Below, in pieces: positions 1 to 13,760 of a stretch of 64,000 nt of DNA (its first letter is position 1; each line of letters starts with the position of its first letter). The notes under the pieces are model-generated. The model was given only the letters and a program-made list of their open reading frames with translations. It was not told where the DNA came from and did no database searches. Where the stretch lies: contig JAGIQG010000013.1 of NCBI GenBank assembly GCA_024679065.1, forward strand, positions 18,662,001 through 18,726,000, read 5' to 3'. Made by a program: the position numbers and the translations under genes. The stretch is from Sphyrna mokarran. Lineage: Eukaryota.

Positions 1-401
1 TCCTCGTTTCCCATTATTAAATGCTCTTTCTCGTCCTCTAAAGGACCAATGTTTATTTTAACCACTCTTTTTTATTTTATATATTTATAGAAACTTTTGC
101 TATTCTGCTAACTTTACTGTTCACTGATATATATTTTTGCTGAGCACTGTGGAAAAATTGCTTTGAAAGTCCTCCAATGTTCGTTAATTGTGCCACCTAT
201 GAAGTGTTTGCTCCCAGTCTACCTTAGCCAACTCCCTCAACTTGTTGTACTCTCCTTTATTAAGCACAATGCACTGATATTGGATTCTACTTCTCACCCT
301 CCATCTCCCTTGTTAGTCGCATTACGTACTGTTTGAAGAAGCTTTTGTGGATACATTCTCCTCCTCTAAGCTGCCTTGACCAGCCTGGTTTGGTTAATCG
401 A
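1..401 (-). mobile_element. Older degraded CR1 LINE fragment, continuing at ~2500-3450 after a younger insertion
   Basis: CR1-like sequence breaks at ...aatcgacat (~403) and resumes at tgtagattgaaatcccc (~2515). No intact ORF. Confidence 0.6.
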
Positions 402-2500
402 CATAGAACACTACAGCACAAACAGGCCCTTCGGCCCATAAGTTGCGCTGATCATATCCCTACCTACCAGGCCTTTCTATAACCCTCAATTCCATTAAAT
501 CCCATGTACTCATCCAGAAATCTCTTAAAAGACCCCAACAAGTTCGCCTCTATCATCACCGACGGCAGCCGATTCCACTCACCCATCACCCTCTGAGTGA
601 AAAATCTACCCTGATATCTCGTCTGTATCTACTCCCTAGCACCTTAAACCTGTGTTCTCTCGTAGCGATCATTTCAGCCCTGTGAAATAACCTCTCAGAA
701 TCCACCCTATCTATACCTCTTAACATCTTATAAACCTCTATCAGGTCATTTCTCATCTTTCGTCTCTCCAGGAAGAAAAGACCGAGCTTCCTCAATCTAT
801 GCTCATAAGGCATGCCACCAATCCAGATAACATCCTTGTAAACTTTCTCTGCACCCTTTCAATAGCTTCAACATCCTTCTTATAGTGAGGCGACCAGAAC
901 TGCACACAGTACTCCAAGTGGGGTCTGACAAGGGTCTTATAAAGTTGCAGCATTATCTCTTGACTCCTAAATTCAACCCCTCAATTAATGAAGGCTAGTA
1001 CACCATGCCCTTTTTGACCACATCCTCCGCCTGCGAGGCCAATTTAAGAGTTCTGTGGACCCGGACCCCAAGGTCCTTCTGATCCTCTACGCTGCTAAGA
1101 GTCCTACTATTGATATTATATCCTTCATCCCATTGGACCTGCCAAAATGGACCACTACACATTCATCCGTGTTGAAGTCCATCTGCCACTTCTGTGCCCG
1201 GTCTTGCATCCTATGTATGCCTCGCTGCAACTTCTGACATCTCTTTAGACTATCGACAACACCACCAACCTTCGTGTCATCAGCAAACTTACCAACCCAT
1301 CCCTCCACTTTCTCATCCAGGTCATTTATGAAAATTACAAACAGCAAGGGTCTCAGAACAGATCACTTGGGCACTCCATTCATGACCGATCTTCTTGCAG
1401 AAAAAGACCCATTCACAACCATTCTCTGCCTTCTGTAGGCAAGCCAATTCTGGATCCACAAGGCAACAGCCCCTTGGATCCCATGCCCTCTCATTTTTTC
1501 AAGAAGTCTTGCGTGGGGGATCTTATTGAATGCCTTGCCGAAGTCCATATAAACCACATCCACTGCTCTTCCTTCATCAATGTGTTTAGTCACATTTTCA
1601 AAGAACTCAACCAGGCTCGAAAGGCACGACCTGCCCTTGACAAAGCCCTGCTGACTACATTTGATCATACTAAACTTTTCTAAATGTTCACAAATCCTGT
1701 TCGTAAGGATCCTGTCCATCAACTTGTCAACCACTGAGGTCAGACTCGCTGGTCAGTAATTTCCTGGGCTATCCCTGTTCCCTTTCTTGAAAATAGGAAC
1801 CTCATCCGCAATCCTCCGGAACCTCTCCCGTCTCCATCAACGATGCAAAGATCGTCGCCAGATGCTCTGCAATCTCTTCCCTCGCCTCCCACAGTAACCT
1901 GGGGTACATCCCATCTGGTCCTGCGACTTATCTATCTTGATGCAATTTAAAAGTTCCAACACATCCTCTTTCTTAATGTCCACATATTCAATCTTTTCAG
2001 TCCGCTGCAAACCTGCAGAATCCAACCACCCAGATCATTTTCCACCGTGAATACTGAGGTAGAGTATTCATTAAGCACCTCTGCCATTTCTACTGGTTCC
2101 GCACAAACTTTTCCCCCTTTACCTTTTATAGGTCCTATTCCTTCACATCTCATCCTTTTACTCTTCACATATTTGTGGAATGCCTTAGGGTTCTCCTAAA
2201 TCTTACCCACCAAGGTCTTCTCTTGACCCCTTCTGGCTCTCCTCGTTTCCTTTTTAAGCTCCTTCCTGTAACCTGTATACTCCTCTAGATCCTTAACATC
2301 GCCTAGCTCCCTGAACCTTCTGTATGCCTTTCTTTTCTTTCTGACTAGGTTCATTACAACCTTTGTCCAGCACAGTTGCTGTAACCTACCAAAATCTCCC
2401 TGTCTCACCAGAATGTTATCATGCAGAGCTCCAGACAAACATTCCTTGAAAATCCGCCACCTTCCTTCAGTACTTTTCCCCAAGAACACCTTCCAATTTA
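402..2500 (-). mobile_element. CR1 LINE, 5'-truncated, frameshifted RT
   Basis: Minus-strand ORF pieces [53 protein letters not shown]; CR1 3' tail catagaacactacagcacaaacaggccc at the left end. Confidence 0.92.
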
Positions 2501-3450
2501 CTTGTCTAATTTACTGTAGATTGAAATCCCCTGTGATAATTGCCGTAGCATTTTTACATGCATTGGTTATTTTTTTGTTTATTGTCCACTCTACTATGAT
2601 ATTATGTGGTGGCCCATGCCTATCAATGATTTTGTTTCCTTACTATTTCTGATTTCCACCCAAATGGATTCAACCTTTTGCTCCATAGAACTTTTTCATT
2701 TTAATACCGCCTGATGGCATCCTTAAATATCAGAGTTTACACCACCTCCCTCACCTTCCTGTCTATTCTTCAGAATAATCTGATATCCCTGGATAATTGT
2801 AAACACCCTGCAAACATGTCTGTTTAATGGCCAGCACATCATATTCCTTTGTGATGTCAACTCATTTACCTTGATTCAAATGCAACGTGCATTTAGATAA
2901 AGTGCCCTTGTGCTAGTTTTTACTTCTTTTTGAATCCTAACATTTCCTGAGTTGTCCTCCTTTTAATTTTTTTCATAATTTTCCATGTAGTTGAACCCTC
3001 CTCCCCACATGCTGCTTTGCTTCCTGTTAACCATTATACTTTCCATAGTTTTTCCCTTCCCTTGCCCCCCCACAATTGTCAGTTTACAGTACTTGTTATT
3101 AACCTATTTATCCTTTCCACTAGAAACTTGTCCCAGATCAGTTCAGATGAAGACCATCCCAACAACAAAAATCCCTCCTGTCCCAATACGGATGCCAATG
3201 CCATATGAAATGAAACTCCTCTTTCCTGCGCCACTCCTTTAGCCATGTGTTTACTTATTGAATTTTCTCATCCCTATATACCACTTCACACGTAGCTCGG
3301 GCAGTAATCCAGAGATTATAATTCTTGAGGACCTGTTCTTTATTTTAGTTCCTAATAATCCCAAGCAGCTCCTCTTTCCTCGTCTTGCCTATGATGTTTG
3401 TCCCAATGTGAACCCCAACAACTGGATCTTCCCCTTCCCAGAAGGAAAAA
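2500..3450 (-). mobile_element. Older CR1 LINE, endonuclease/ORF1-side remnant
   Basis: Continues the element at 1-401; CR1-like motifs such as ggcagtaatccagagatta. Heavily degraded. Confidence 0.5.
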
Positions 3451-3503
3451 AAGAACTAGAAGAAAACTATTGATTTTTTTTTTTGTCCTTGTGTATATTT
3501 CAG

Positions 3504-3603
3504 TATGGAAAATTGTATGAATCTGATGAAAGCAAAGAACACGATAAAAAGCTGTACAAACCTGATGAATGCCAGGAGAACCTGATGAGCACTAAGTTAT
3601 CAA
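3504..3603 (+). CDS. HJURP: HJURP-like internal exon (YGKLYESDESKEHDKKLYKPDECQENLMSTKLS), phase 0 to 1
   Basis: tttcag acceptor, gtaagg donor, 100 nt open; phase joins the next exon. Confidence 0.65.
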
Positions 3604-3930
3604 GTAAGGCAAAGTTTTCCAAGGTTAAACTATGAAATTGTATTTGAGAGGAGAAACATTTTACAAACAACATATCATTTTCCCTAAAGTTATAATTTAA
3701 AACTTTAGTGGGAAACCTGTACCACTGCTTTACTCTCATCAAAAAAACACAAATTGGAATATTTTACTGATCAAAGATGACAACTTCTTGGCTAATCTTC
3801 TCTGTATCGTTCCAAGATGGGATTATCTTGTCAGCTTGAACCGTTTTTGTTTCTCTTGTGGGGATCATGAATTGGATTTATCTGGATTTTGAATTAGATT
3901 TTTGGAAAAAGCAAGAAATGTATTTGGGTT

Positions 3931-4045
3931 TAGACAAAATACTGTAGATGCTGGAATGTGAAACAAAAGTAGAAAATGCTGGAAAAATTCAGCAGAGCTA
4001 ACAGCTTCTGTGGGGAGAGAATATAGATTTTGGTTTGCATGGTCC
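3931..4045 (-). mobile_element. Penelope-like (pLTR-type) repeat fragment
   Basis: Minus strand reads tctctccccacagaagctgttagctctgctgaatttttccagcattttc; same family as 27355-27445. Family call is from memory. Confidence 0.45.
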
Positions 4046-4880
4046 ATTAGCATTGAGCATTGATCCTGAGCATTAGCTTTGTAACTTCATTTTTTTAAAA
4101 AAATTAAATGACTTCGCTGCCCAATGTCCCTCTGCTACAGTTGTGTTCAGTCTCTTTTTAATTTCCTGCTCCCATGCCCACAACCTAGTGACTCTTTAAT
4201 GATCATCTGCAAACGTATATATAGAAGACAACTTCTCCATCCAATTTATTAGTATATATGAATCACTGGCAAATATTGATTGTTGCAACCTGCCAATCAG
4301 AATATTTTCTTTATGTTTATTCCATTTCCTACTTCCTAACCAATTGCTGATCCATGTGGCAGGATTGCCTTCAATTCTATGCACTTCCATTTTCATTAAT
4401 AATTTCATGTATTGAATCTTAGCAAATGAGTTCTGAAACACTATTACATAATATCTATAGACATTCCCTTGCCTTCAGTACTGGTGACTTCGAAAATAAT
4501 CAAGGTGACCAGACAAAATTAACTTTCCAAAATTCATGCTGACTCTCAACTTCACAAATAGTGATCAGTTATTCTGTTAATGATGGATTCCAGTAACTTC
4601 CCAAAATGTGAAATGTACTGTAACGTAAATTCCATAGTCACTTTGGTTGAGAGTCCAATCATTTTGTATCTTTAAAAGCCTAATTCATGTTTCCAGCTGA
4701 TGGATTAAAATTGTTATTTGGCATAAAGCCCATCTTCATGACAAGCCCAACAAAGATTGTGAAGTGTGGCCTACTGGTGAGGGAATAACCAAGTAGAAAT
4801 ATGGCAGGAGTTGTATACATCAAAATTATAATATCTTGTATGTTTTAAAGTGATGTTGAGTAACTTTTTTTTAATAAAAG

Positions 4881-4948
4881 GTCAAGCAGATCAGACTTCT
4901 GATAGTGAAATTTTGAAAGATGGAAAGTGCACTGAAAGTATATCCAAG
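4881..4948 (+). CDS. HJURP: HJURP-like internal exon (SQADQTSDSEILKDGKCTESISK), phase 1 to 0
   Basis: T-rich ...aaaag acceptor, gtacag donor, 68 nt, in frame with both neighbours. Confidence 0.7.
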
Positions 4949-5419
4949 GTACAGTGTGATATTTGTCATATAAAGATGTATAAACTGCTTTCAAATATCA
5001 GGCGGACCACGTGCATAATAACATCAGTGGTCCAAAGTAGATTTCAAGCATTGAAAAGTGAAGCAATTGACTAATCTTTCCCCTCTGCCTATGGCTGAAA
5101 TTCTCTATTATTATAAAACTTGGCTTCTCAAGCAATATATTAGATGTTATTTGAAGAATAAACAGCCAAGATATTGGGGAGAATCTCATAGCCTTTCAAT
5201 TAGTGCATGAGATCTACATCCAAGGCAACAAACAAAGTATCAGTTTAAAGTTTAATCCGAAAGATAACATTGCCAATAATGTAGGTGCCTCGCCATATAG
5301 ATTAAAATATCGACCCAATGAGTTCACAATATCCATACTCAACAAGACCTTGGTAACATTCAGACTTGGGCTGATATATAGTATAAATGTTATTTGCCAT
5401 AAAAGTGCCAGGCAATTAC

Positions 5420-6170
5420 CATTTCCAAAGAAAGAACCTAGCCATTTTCCTGGAGTGGCATTCCCATTGTTGAATCCCCACAATCAAGACCTTAGAGGTT
5501 CCCATTGACCAGAAACTGAACTGCACTAGCCATATAAGTACTGTGGTTACAAGAATGTCACAATCTGGGTATTATGCAGCTAGTAATTTGTCCACTGACT
5601 CCCCAAAGCCTGTGCACCATCTACAAGGCAGAAGTCAGGAGTATGATGGAATACTCTCCATTTGCCTGGATGAGGGCGGGTCCAACGACATTAAAGACGC
5701 TCAATACCACCCAGGGCTAAGAATTTCACTTAATTGACATCCCAACCATTTCTTTAAACGTACACTCCCTCCATTACTGATGCACAATGGCACAATCCAG
5801 AAGATACACTACAAGAACTCACCAAAGCACCTTCAATGGCACTTTTCAAACCTGCCCACTCTACCACCTAGAAGGACAAGGGGTAGCCAATGTATGGGGA
5901 CACCTGCACCTGCAAGTTCTCCTTCAAATCACATATCATCCTGATTCAGAACTATATTGCAGTTTATTCACTGATGCAGTATCAAAATCCTGGAACTCCT
6001 TCCACCTAACAACACTGTGAATGTGCTCAAACCAGGATTATAGCAGTTCAAAAATGTTGCTCTCTGCCACTTTCTTGTACAATTAAGGATGGCAGCAAAT
6101 GCTGGCATAGCCAGCGATATCACCTCTTCCTCTCCTGCCTCCTCATCCTGCAATAGAATAAAAAAACTTC
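5420..6170 (+). mobile_element. 3' part of a second CR1/L2-group LINE family
   Basis: atctacaaggcagaagtcaggagtatgatggaatactc (IYKAEVRSMMEY-like) and tail aattaaggatggcagcaaatgctggc; related copies at 22365-23880, 31600-32360, 56500-56780. Confidence 0.7.
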
Positions 6171-6696
6171 TGATTCAGAGGAGAATGATACCATGAAAGT
6201 GGGTGACACTTATTGATATTCCACTCATGTTCAAATTTGATAACAATCTTTATGTACCAGCTTTTATTCTACTGACATATAATGCAGTTGGCAAATAGAA
6301 ATGGACTAAGTGGATGCAAGGAGAAATTTTGTGCATTTGCCTGCTAGTTCAGTGAATAAATATAGTTTACTCTTGCAAAACAGACTAATAATTCCCAATT
6401 TTGATCAATGCTGGCTATACTTGGTAAAGATGGAACAATTAGGATTTTTTAGAATCGTATAACTTGCACATTTGTGTAATTTTAATGTTGACAGCTATTG
6501 TACAAATATTTGCCTAAACCAAAGCAGTATCTTGTGCAGCACTCCATCAAAATCTATCTATGTTTCTGCCATCGTTTTGCCGTGGCATTTTTGACTATGT
6601 TTGATGGAAATATTTTGAATCAGGGTGAAATTTTAGTCCTTTTGCATACTCCACAAGAATAACGTAATAAAATTGTCTTCTTTTTTAACCTACTAG

Positions 6697-6801
6697 TCAC
6701 AAACCAGCATCACTATGGGAGAAATGAATGTAGGAGATAAATATAAGGTAGATGTTGACATACTGACTACTGGCAATGGTAATCGTGGAAAGCAAGTCTT
6801 G
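6697..6801 (+). CDS. HJURP: HJURP-like internal exon (SQTSITMGEMNVGDKYKVDVDILTTGNGNRGKQVL), phase 0 to 0
   Basis: Polypyrimidine tract plus ctag acceptor, consensus gtgagt donor, 105 nt open. Confidence 0.75.
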
Positions 6802-7785
6802 GTGAGTATTGCATTTGCATGTATATTAAAATAACAGTGTTTACATGATTTGGGAAGTGATGGGCATTTTTGAAATTACTTATGCAAATAGAAAAGCTGA
6901 AAGTAACATTTAAAATTTGTTTACAAATCTACAGAAAATTGCCAATAAATCTGATTTAATTTAATGAATTGTCTCAACATTAGGATGTTTAATCTCACTA
7001 ATGCTGTGACAAAATCTTCAAACTTGATATTTGGCTTCAGAGATCACTAATGATGCATTCATATTTTATAACCCATTATGATCGTAACTATTTTCTCAGA
7101 ATTGTAGAACTCTACAACATACAGTCTATTAGAGCTCACTTTGTCTATGTTGCCCATTTTGAGAGTGTAATTGTGCCTTTAAAGCAGAGATCAAAAGATT
7201 GTTGATAAATTAGGGATGAAAGGTTATCAGGAGTAAGTGGGAGGTTACAATAGGATCAACCAGGATCTTATTGAATGGAGGAGCGGACTTAAGAGGCCAA
7301 GTGGCCAAGTCCTGGTTTACATGTTTGTATGAATAAAGGGTGCTGGAGGCTGATTCAATAGAGCAAAATTTGAGAAGAGAAAATGTTGCAGAAATAATAG
7401 CTAGTGGGACCTGATTTTCTTTTTGTAAAAGGCAGCACAGACTCAGCGGGCCTACTGGCCAGTCCTGTGGTATAGCATTCTATAGCCATGCTGCCATGGA
7501 AAGGGATCATTAAGAAATCTGTTCTGTTTTGTAAGCATGAAAATTTTAAGGGGAGAATTGCTGCATCTTATTTGCATATATCTTAGTAACTAGTTTTAAA
7601 ACAATATTGACAACGAGTCCACCACAGAAGTGTGTCAAGAGGATTATTTTACCAGGAGACACTTTTTGTGACTTATACTGTTCGGATAGCTGGATCAAGG
7701 AATTATTATTTGTTGATCGAATATGCAGTGTGGTGTGAGTGATTGAACGTTTTTTCTGTCTTAACCTTTGAATGTCTTTTTGAAG

Positions 7786-7876
7786 GTGGAATGTGTTGGG
7801 AGGACCAAAGATAAACCAATGATCATGTTTACCGATACATGGAAGACGGAAGTTGGATTGTCACATACAGATCCTG
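7786..7876 (+). CDS. HJURP: HJURP-like internal exon (VECVGRTKDKPMIMFTDTWKTEVGLSHTDP), phase 0 to 1
   Basis: ctttttgaag acceptor, gtacgg donor, 91 nt; phase matches the large exon. Confidence 0.7.
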
Positions 7877-8283
7877 GTACGGTTGTGTTGTAGTTGAATC
7901 AATGCTGTCTAAAATTCTGTGACTGCACAAGCTTTGGTTTTAATTAATCGTTTACATTGTAACGCATGCAGCTTAATCCTAAAATCTTTTAATGGGGGGA
8001 GAGGGCAATAAGTGCTGACCCAGCCAGCAATACTCATGCCCCGTAAAATTAATAAAAAAGAGAAGCAGTCAATCTAAAATCATCTACAGTTGAAATTTCT
8101 GGCCATTTTAAAGTACTATCAAATTATTAATGAAATTTAAATACTATTTGTGTAACTTAGCAGGTAACTCTCTTGTTTTGTCTGTGAAGATTTTTATATC
8201 TATGGCAGCTTCTTATCAATATTTGTTGGTTACTGATAGAGCCAAATGTTGCTTATGTGTGTGATTTCTTTATCTCTCACAAG

Positions 8284-9767
8284 ATCGCAACGATGACTTG
8301 CAGGCAACAATTTCTGGAGAATTAAATCATTCATCGAGACCTGAACGTGATGAAGATGACTCAAACTTCATTTCTTCTATATCCTATGATCAGTCTTTGG
8401 TGAAGCCACTTTGTGAACATGGTAGCAAAGAACTTTCTTTTACGCTCGGGTTTGAAAAAAATACAAGCAATGTTTTAGATTTGGCAGAAACAATATCCAC
8501 TTGTATCAGTGAAGATTCCAGAGAAAATCATGATGATACTTCATCTGGTTTAAGTGATACAACCCTTATCGATATCTACCCGAGTATGCTAGCATCAATG
8601 AGTAAATTGCTTGACCGTGGCTACAAGACGCAGGTTGCCTCAAGATTAATAAAACATTATCGACGTCTCCAGTTGAATGCATGTAAATCAAAACTAAATA
8701 TAACTCAAGATGGATTAAGAATGAAGGCCAAGATGGATGCCCAAATGTTAAAGAAGGTGGAGGGTAATCCTGTTATTGAATTAAAGGCATGTTCTGGAAT
8801 CAAATGTGTGAATGGAACAATTTCTTCTCTGAAGAGATACAGAACTGCAGAATCTAATCTTGACACATGTATGTCCATGCCTGCTGCTGAAAGTTCTTTG
8901 GCTGCACAGCAAACAAATCCAAAATTGTTTGAAATTGAAACTTCTGAGTTTAGAAATTCAGACAATGATGCAAATTACTCCCAGTCACAACTAAACCCTT
9001 CCAACCCAAAAAGTTCAGTACCAGTTACAAATTGCTGCAGCATGAAGAAAACTTTACTTCCTATAGTCATTTCTTTGAATGGACCATCTTTGCCCCAGCT
9101 GGATACTGTGACCAGTTTCAGATGTTTCCATACAAAACCTAATGTAGTAAAAGCACAATTGCCATGCTCAGAACTTGTTCTTAACCATTCACCGAAGAAA
9201 AAATTATCTCCACTGAACAATAATACAATGACTAAAGAGGATTCTGCAATAGCAAATTTCTGCAGATCACCATTTAGAATGTTTTTGTGCTCAAACAATG
9301 TTTCCCACACTGACCAAAGAAGTAGACGGAGGCATTCATTTTCCTCTACGAGTTCTGTTCCAACCATGTTCTCTTCTATAAGGAGCCCAATTAGCACTCG
9401 AGTAAAAGAAATGGATGCATTTGAATCCATATATAATAACTTGGTTCATAATTCATTCTCTCTTTCAACTTCTGTGAAGCTTCCCAATATATTGAATGTA
9501 AGTTCTGTCTCTGGTAGAACTATTACATCAGTGACATCTGTTCCAAACTCACCTTCCCATCAATCAAGGAAGCGAGCTGCTTGTATTGACCAGTTGAGAG
9601 AAACTTCGCGATTACCATTAAAGAGGTTCCGCTCCTTTCTGGTATCATCTAGTTCAAATCAAAGTAATCAGGAAATGGTGCTGCTGAATACTGTGTTAAA
9701 AGATCAGAATTACCACTCTGCACAAATGAGTCGCTTTTATTCTCCAAGGTGCCAGCGGTCCAGAGAG
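8284..9767 (+). CDS. HJURP: HJURP-like large exon (1484 nt, ~494 aa), Ser-rich, with middle-domain motif and one C-terminal-repeat-like motif
   Basis: ORF 8298-9779. SDTTLIDIYPSMLASMSKLL resembles human HJURP SDVTISDLYAGMLHSMSRLL as recalled; EMDAFESIYNNLV resembles the HJURP C-terminal repeat core. ctctcacaag acceptor, gag|gtgaga donor. Confidence 0.85.
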
Positions 9768-9824
9768 GTGAGATCCTAATTGTTTTTAAACTCACACTGC
9801 TTAAGTTTTTAAACTTAAATTTTA

Positions 9825-10096
9825 CTTATTAGCATCATGTAGGCTTACATTAATACTACTATGAAAATTCCCACACTCTGGCGCCTGTTCGGGTACATTG
9901 AGGGAGAATTTAGCATTGCCAGTGCACCTAACCAGCATGCCTTACAAACGTAGGAGAAAACTGAAGCAGCTGGAGAAAACCTTTGCATACACGGAGAGAA
10001 CGTGCAGACTCCACACAGACAGTGACCCAGACTGGGAATTGAACACTTTACCTGGTGCTGAGAGGCAGCTGTGCTAACCATTGAGCCACCATGCAC
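9825..10096 (-). mobile_element. tRNA-derived V-SINE (HE1-like), tail type A
   Basis: tRNA A/B-box head (tggttagcacagctgcc...gttcaattccc) and V-domain ctgtgtggagtctgcacgttctctccgtg. Confidence 0.85.
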
Positions 10097-10546
10097 TATG
10101 CATTAGTTCATACTAATGAGTGTTAGGATTTTAATAATAGCATGATGATGGATATTTGAAACATCCATACTGTGCTCAGATGGAGCATCAATAAAGAATT
10201 AACAGTGGGGTTATAGATTTTTGTTGTTACAACTTTGGGTTGTATCTAGAGTAGTTGGTTGATTATTTCATAGCTTCAGTTTTGTCTCATCTAATTAAGA
10301 GTAAAGCATCACAAATTGCTTTGGCCTACTATTGGGTTTTATTTCTTCCTGCAGTGTGTTGATACCATAATATTAAATATTCACTTAATAACAAAACTAG
10401 CAACTGTCAGTAATTAAGCCAAGTTTTGATGCTATTAAATCTAAGCTGATAATTAAGTTTTTTGCATTCAATTTTAATATTTCTGCTGCAGGGAGTTATA
10501 ATCTCTGATTGTAAAGAATGTTTACATCTGCTTTATTTTAGCAATG

Positions 10547-13190
10547 TTATAAAAACAAAGGAAATAGGTGCAAGAGTAGGCCCTTCGAGCCCGCACCATC
10601 GTTCAGTGTGATTATGGCTGATTTTGCACTTTCAGTATTCCTCTCCTGCTTTTTCTCCATACCCCTTGATCCCTTTAGCCACAAAGACCATATCCAACTC
10701 CCATTTGAATGTAATCTAGGAAACTGGCCCCACCAGTTTCTGTGGTAGAGAATTCCACAGGTCCACAACCCTGGGTGAAGAAGTTCTTCCTCAGTTCAGT
10801 CCTGAATGGCTTACTCCTTATTTTTAGACTATGATCCCTAGTTCTGGATTTTCCCAAAATCAGGAACATCCTTCCCGCATCTAGCCTGTCTAGTCCCATC
10901 GGAATTTTATGTTTCAATGAGGCGCCTTTCGTTCTTCTAAATTCCAGTGAGTACAAGCCCAGTCGATCGAGTCTTTTCATATTAGTCCTGCCATTCTGGG
11001 AATCAGTCTGGTGAACATTCGCTGGACTCTCTCACCAGTAAAAATGTCCTTTCTCAGATTAGGAGACCAGAACTGCACACAGTACTCGAGGTGTGACCTC
11101 ACAAGGGCCTGTATAACTGCAGCAAGACATCTGTACTCCTAAACTCAAATCCTCTTGCTATTAGTTTTCCTCAGCGCCTGCTGTATCTGTATCCTAATCT
11201 TCAGTGAGTGTTCCACCATGGCATCCAGATCATGTTTCACTTCCCCTTTTTCTAAACTAGCATTCAGATAATCTTCCTGTTTTTGCCACCCAACTGGATA
11301 GCCTCATATTTCTCCACGTTATATTGTAGTTGCCCATTTTGTCAGCCTGCCTAAGTCACTCTGCAACCTCTTAGCATCCTCCTCACAACACATAATGCCA
11401 CCCTGCTTAGTGTTGTCTGAAAACTTGGAGATATTGCATTCAATTTCTTTGTCCAAATCATTAATGTATATTTTGAATAGCTGGAGTCCCAGCACTGAAC
11501 CGTGTGATACACAATTAGTACTGCCTGGCACTCTGAAAAGGACCCATTTATTCCCATTCTGCTTCCTGTCTGCCAACTAGTTCTCTATCCACGTCACTGT
11601 TACCCCAATACTGTGATGTTTAATTTTGGTCACTAATCTCTTGTGTGGAACCATGTTGAAAGCCTTTGAAAATCCAGGTACACAGTGGTTCACCCTTGTC
11701 CATTCTACTGGTCACATCCTCAAAAAATTTCAGCAAATTTGCCAAGCACAGTTTCCTTTTAGTGAATCAATGCTGACTTGGACCTATACTTTCCAATGCT
11801 GAGTTATTACATCTTCAGTAACTGAGTCAAGTATTTTCCCTACCACCAATACCAAGTTAACTGATCTATAATTCTTTGTTTTTTCTCTCTCTCCTTTTTT
11901 TAAAAGTGTTACATTAGTTACTATCCAATCCATTGGATCTCTACCAGAATTTATAGAATGCTGGAAAATAATCACCAATGCGTCCACTATTTCTGGGACT
12001 AGATGTGGGAAGAATATTCCTGATTTTGGGAAGTCCGAAACTAGGGGTCACAGTCTAAAAATAAAAGGTAAGCCATTCAGGACTGAAATGAGGAAAAACT
12101 TTGTCACTCAACGTTATGAACCTGTGGAATTCTCTACCACAGAAAATTGTTGGGGCCAGTTTGCTAGATTGTGTTCAAATGGGAATTGGACATGGCTCTT
12201 GTGGCTAAAGGGATCAAGGGGTATGGAAAAAAAGCAGGAGAGGGATGCTGAAAGTGCATAATCAGCCACAATCACTATTTCTAATACTCTGGGATGCAAA
12301 GCATCAGACTCTGGAGACTTATCGGATTTAATCCCAATCCCTTTCCCCAGTACAATTTCCTGACTAAAAAGATTCGCTTTAGTTCCTCCTTCATGCTAGA
12401 CCTAGTCCCTAGTATTTCTGGAAGGTTATTATGAGGACAGATCAACAGTATTTGTTCAGCCATCTTTGTTGCCCATTATTATGAATTTACTGGAGGGGTA
12501 AGGGACCTACATTTGTCTTCCAGTTTTTTTCTCTTCACATGTTTATAGAACTTTTGCAGTCAGTTTTGATGTTCTCTGCAAGTTTACTCTTGTATTCTAT
12601 TTTCTCCTTCGGAATAGAACCCTTTGTCTTCCACTGCTGAATTTTAAATTTTTTTAATCCTCAGATTTGCTGATTTTTCTGGCCAATTTATAAGCCTTCT
12701 CTTTTGACTTTAATACTAATTTCCCTTGTTATTCATGGTTGAGCTATCTTCTTATGTCAGACAGATGTGTTCTTTAAGTATCTGCCATTGTTTATCCACT
12801 GTCAACCCCGCTAAAGTATGTGTTGCCAGTTTATCCTAGCCAATGCATGTCTCATACCATCAAAGTTAGCTTTCCTTAAATTTAGGACCCTAGTCTTAAA
12901 CTTAACTGTGTCACTGTCCACCTTAATGAAAAAATTCTACCATATTATGGTCACTCTTCCCCAAAGATTCTCCCACCGCAAGGTTGCTAATTAATCCCCT
13001 CTCATTACATAATACCTAGTCTAAAATGGTCTAATTTGTCCCTCGTCATGTTGGTCAAGGAAACCATCCCTTGTACATTCCAGGAAATCCTCCTCCATTG
13101 CATTGCTGCCAATTTGATAAGCCCAATCAAAATGCAGATTGAAGTTACCCATGATGATTGCTGTACCCTTGCAGCAATTCTTATGGATTC
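10547..13190 (-). mobile_element. CR1 LINE, degraded, with an internal inverted copy of its own 3' end (~11998-12275)
   Basis: ORF pieces RLDRLGLYSLEFRR, GSVLGLQLFKIYINDLD, KKGEREKTKNYRSVNL. Confidence 0.9.
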
Positions 13191-13454
13191 CTTTGTTTGT
13201 CTAGTTGAAGGGATGACGTGTTTTAAGTTGTATTCACTGTATTTCTTTTCACACTGCTCTATGAAGCTCACTGTATCCTAATTAAGCCTTAAGTAAAGAT
13301 CAAGTTGTGGTATTGTGCTGGAAAATGTTCACAATGTGCACAAATTGTTGCAACCTGAGTAGTCTTGCTTCCCTTAATCTTAAAACCCCTTGTACTTCAG
13401 TTGTATAGGAAAACACATTTCGTCATCAGTTTCCTCTTTGGCTGCATGTTTTAG

Positions 13455-13760
13455 CTGCACAGTGGCACAATGGTTAGTGCTGCTGCGTCACAGTGCCAGA
13501 GACGCAGATTCGATTCTAGCTTGGTCACTGTCTGTATGGAATTTGCACTTTCTCCCCGTGTATGCATGGGTTTCCTCAGGGTGCTCTGGTTTTCTCCATA
13601 ATCCAATATGTGCAGGCTAGGTTGATTGGCCGTGCTAAAATTGATTGTAGTGTCGGGGGATTAGCAGAGTAAATGTTACGGAAATAGGACCTGGGTGATC
13701 AGTACAGACTCGGTGGGCCAAATGGCCTCTTTCTGTATTGTAGTTATTTTATGATTCTAT
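13455..13760 (+). mobile_element. V-SINE (HE1-like), CR1-type tail B
   Basis: gtggcacaatggttagtgctgctg head, V-domain, tail gggccaaatggcctctttctgtattgtag...atgattctat. Confidence 0.85.

Noticed and set aside
3505-3585. ATG-initiated frame MENCMNLM...
   Set aside because: It stops within the exon; only the phase-0 frame stays open to the donor.
8298-9779. Stand-alone 493-aa single-exon gene starting at TTG
   Set aside because: It is bounded by splice sites in phase with flanking exons, so it is an internal exon. The antisense ORFs 8705-8965 and 8975-9430 are shadows.
13455-13530. tRNA genes at SINE heads
   Set aside because: A/B boxes are followed by V-domain bodies and no intact cloverleaf; these are SINEs.
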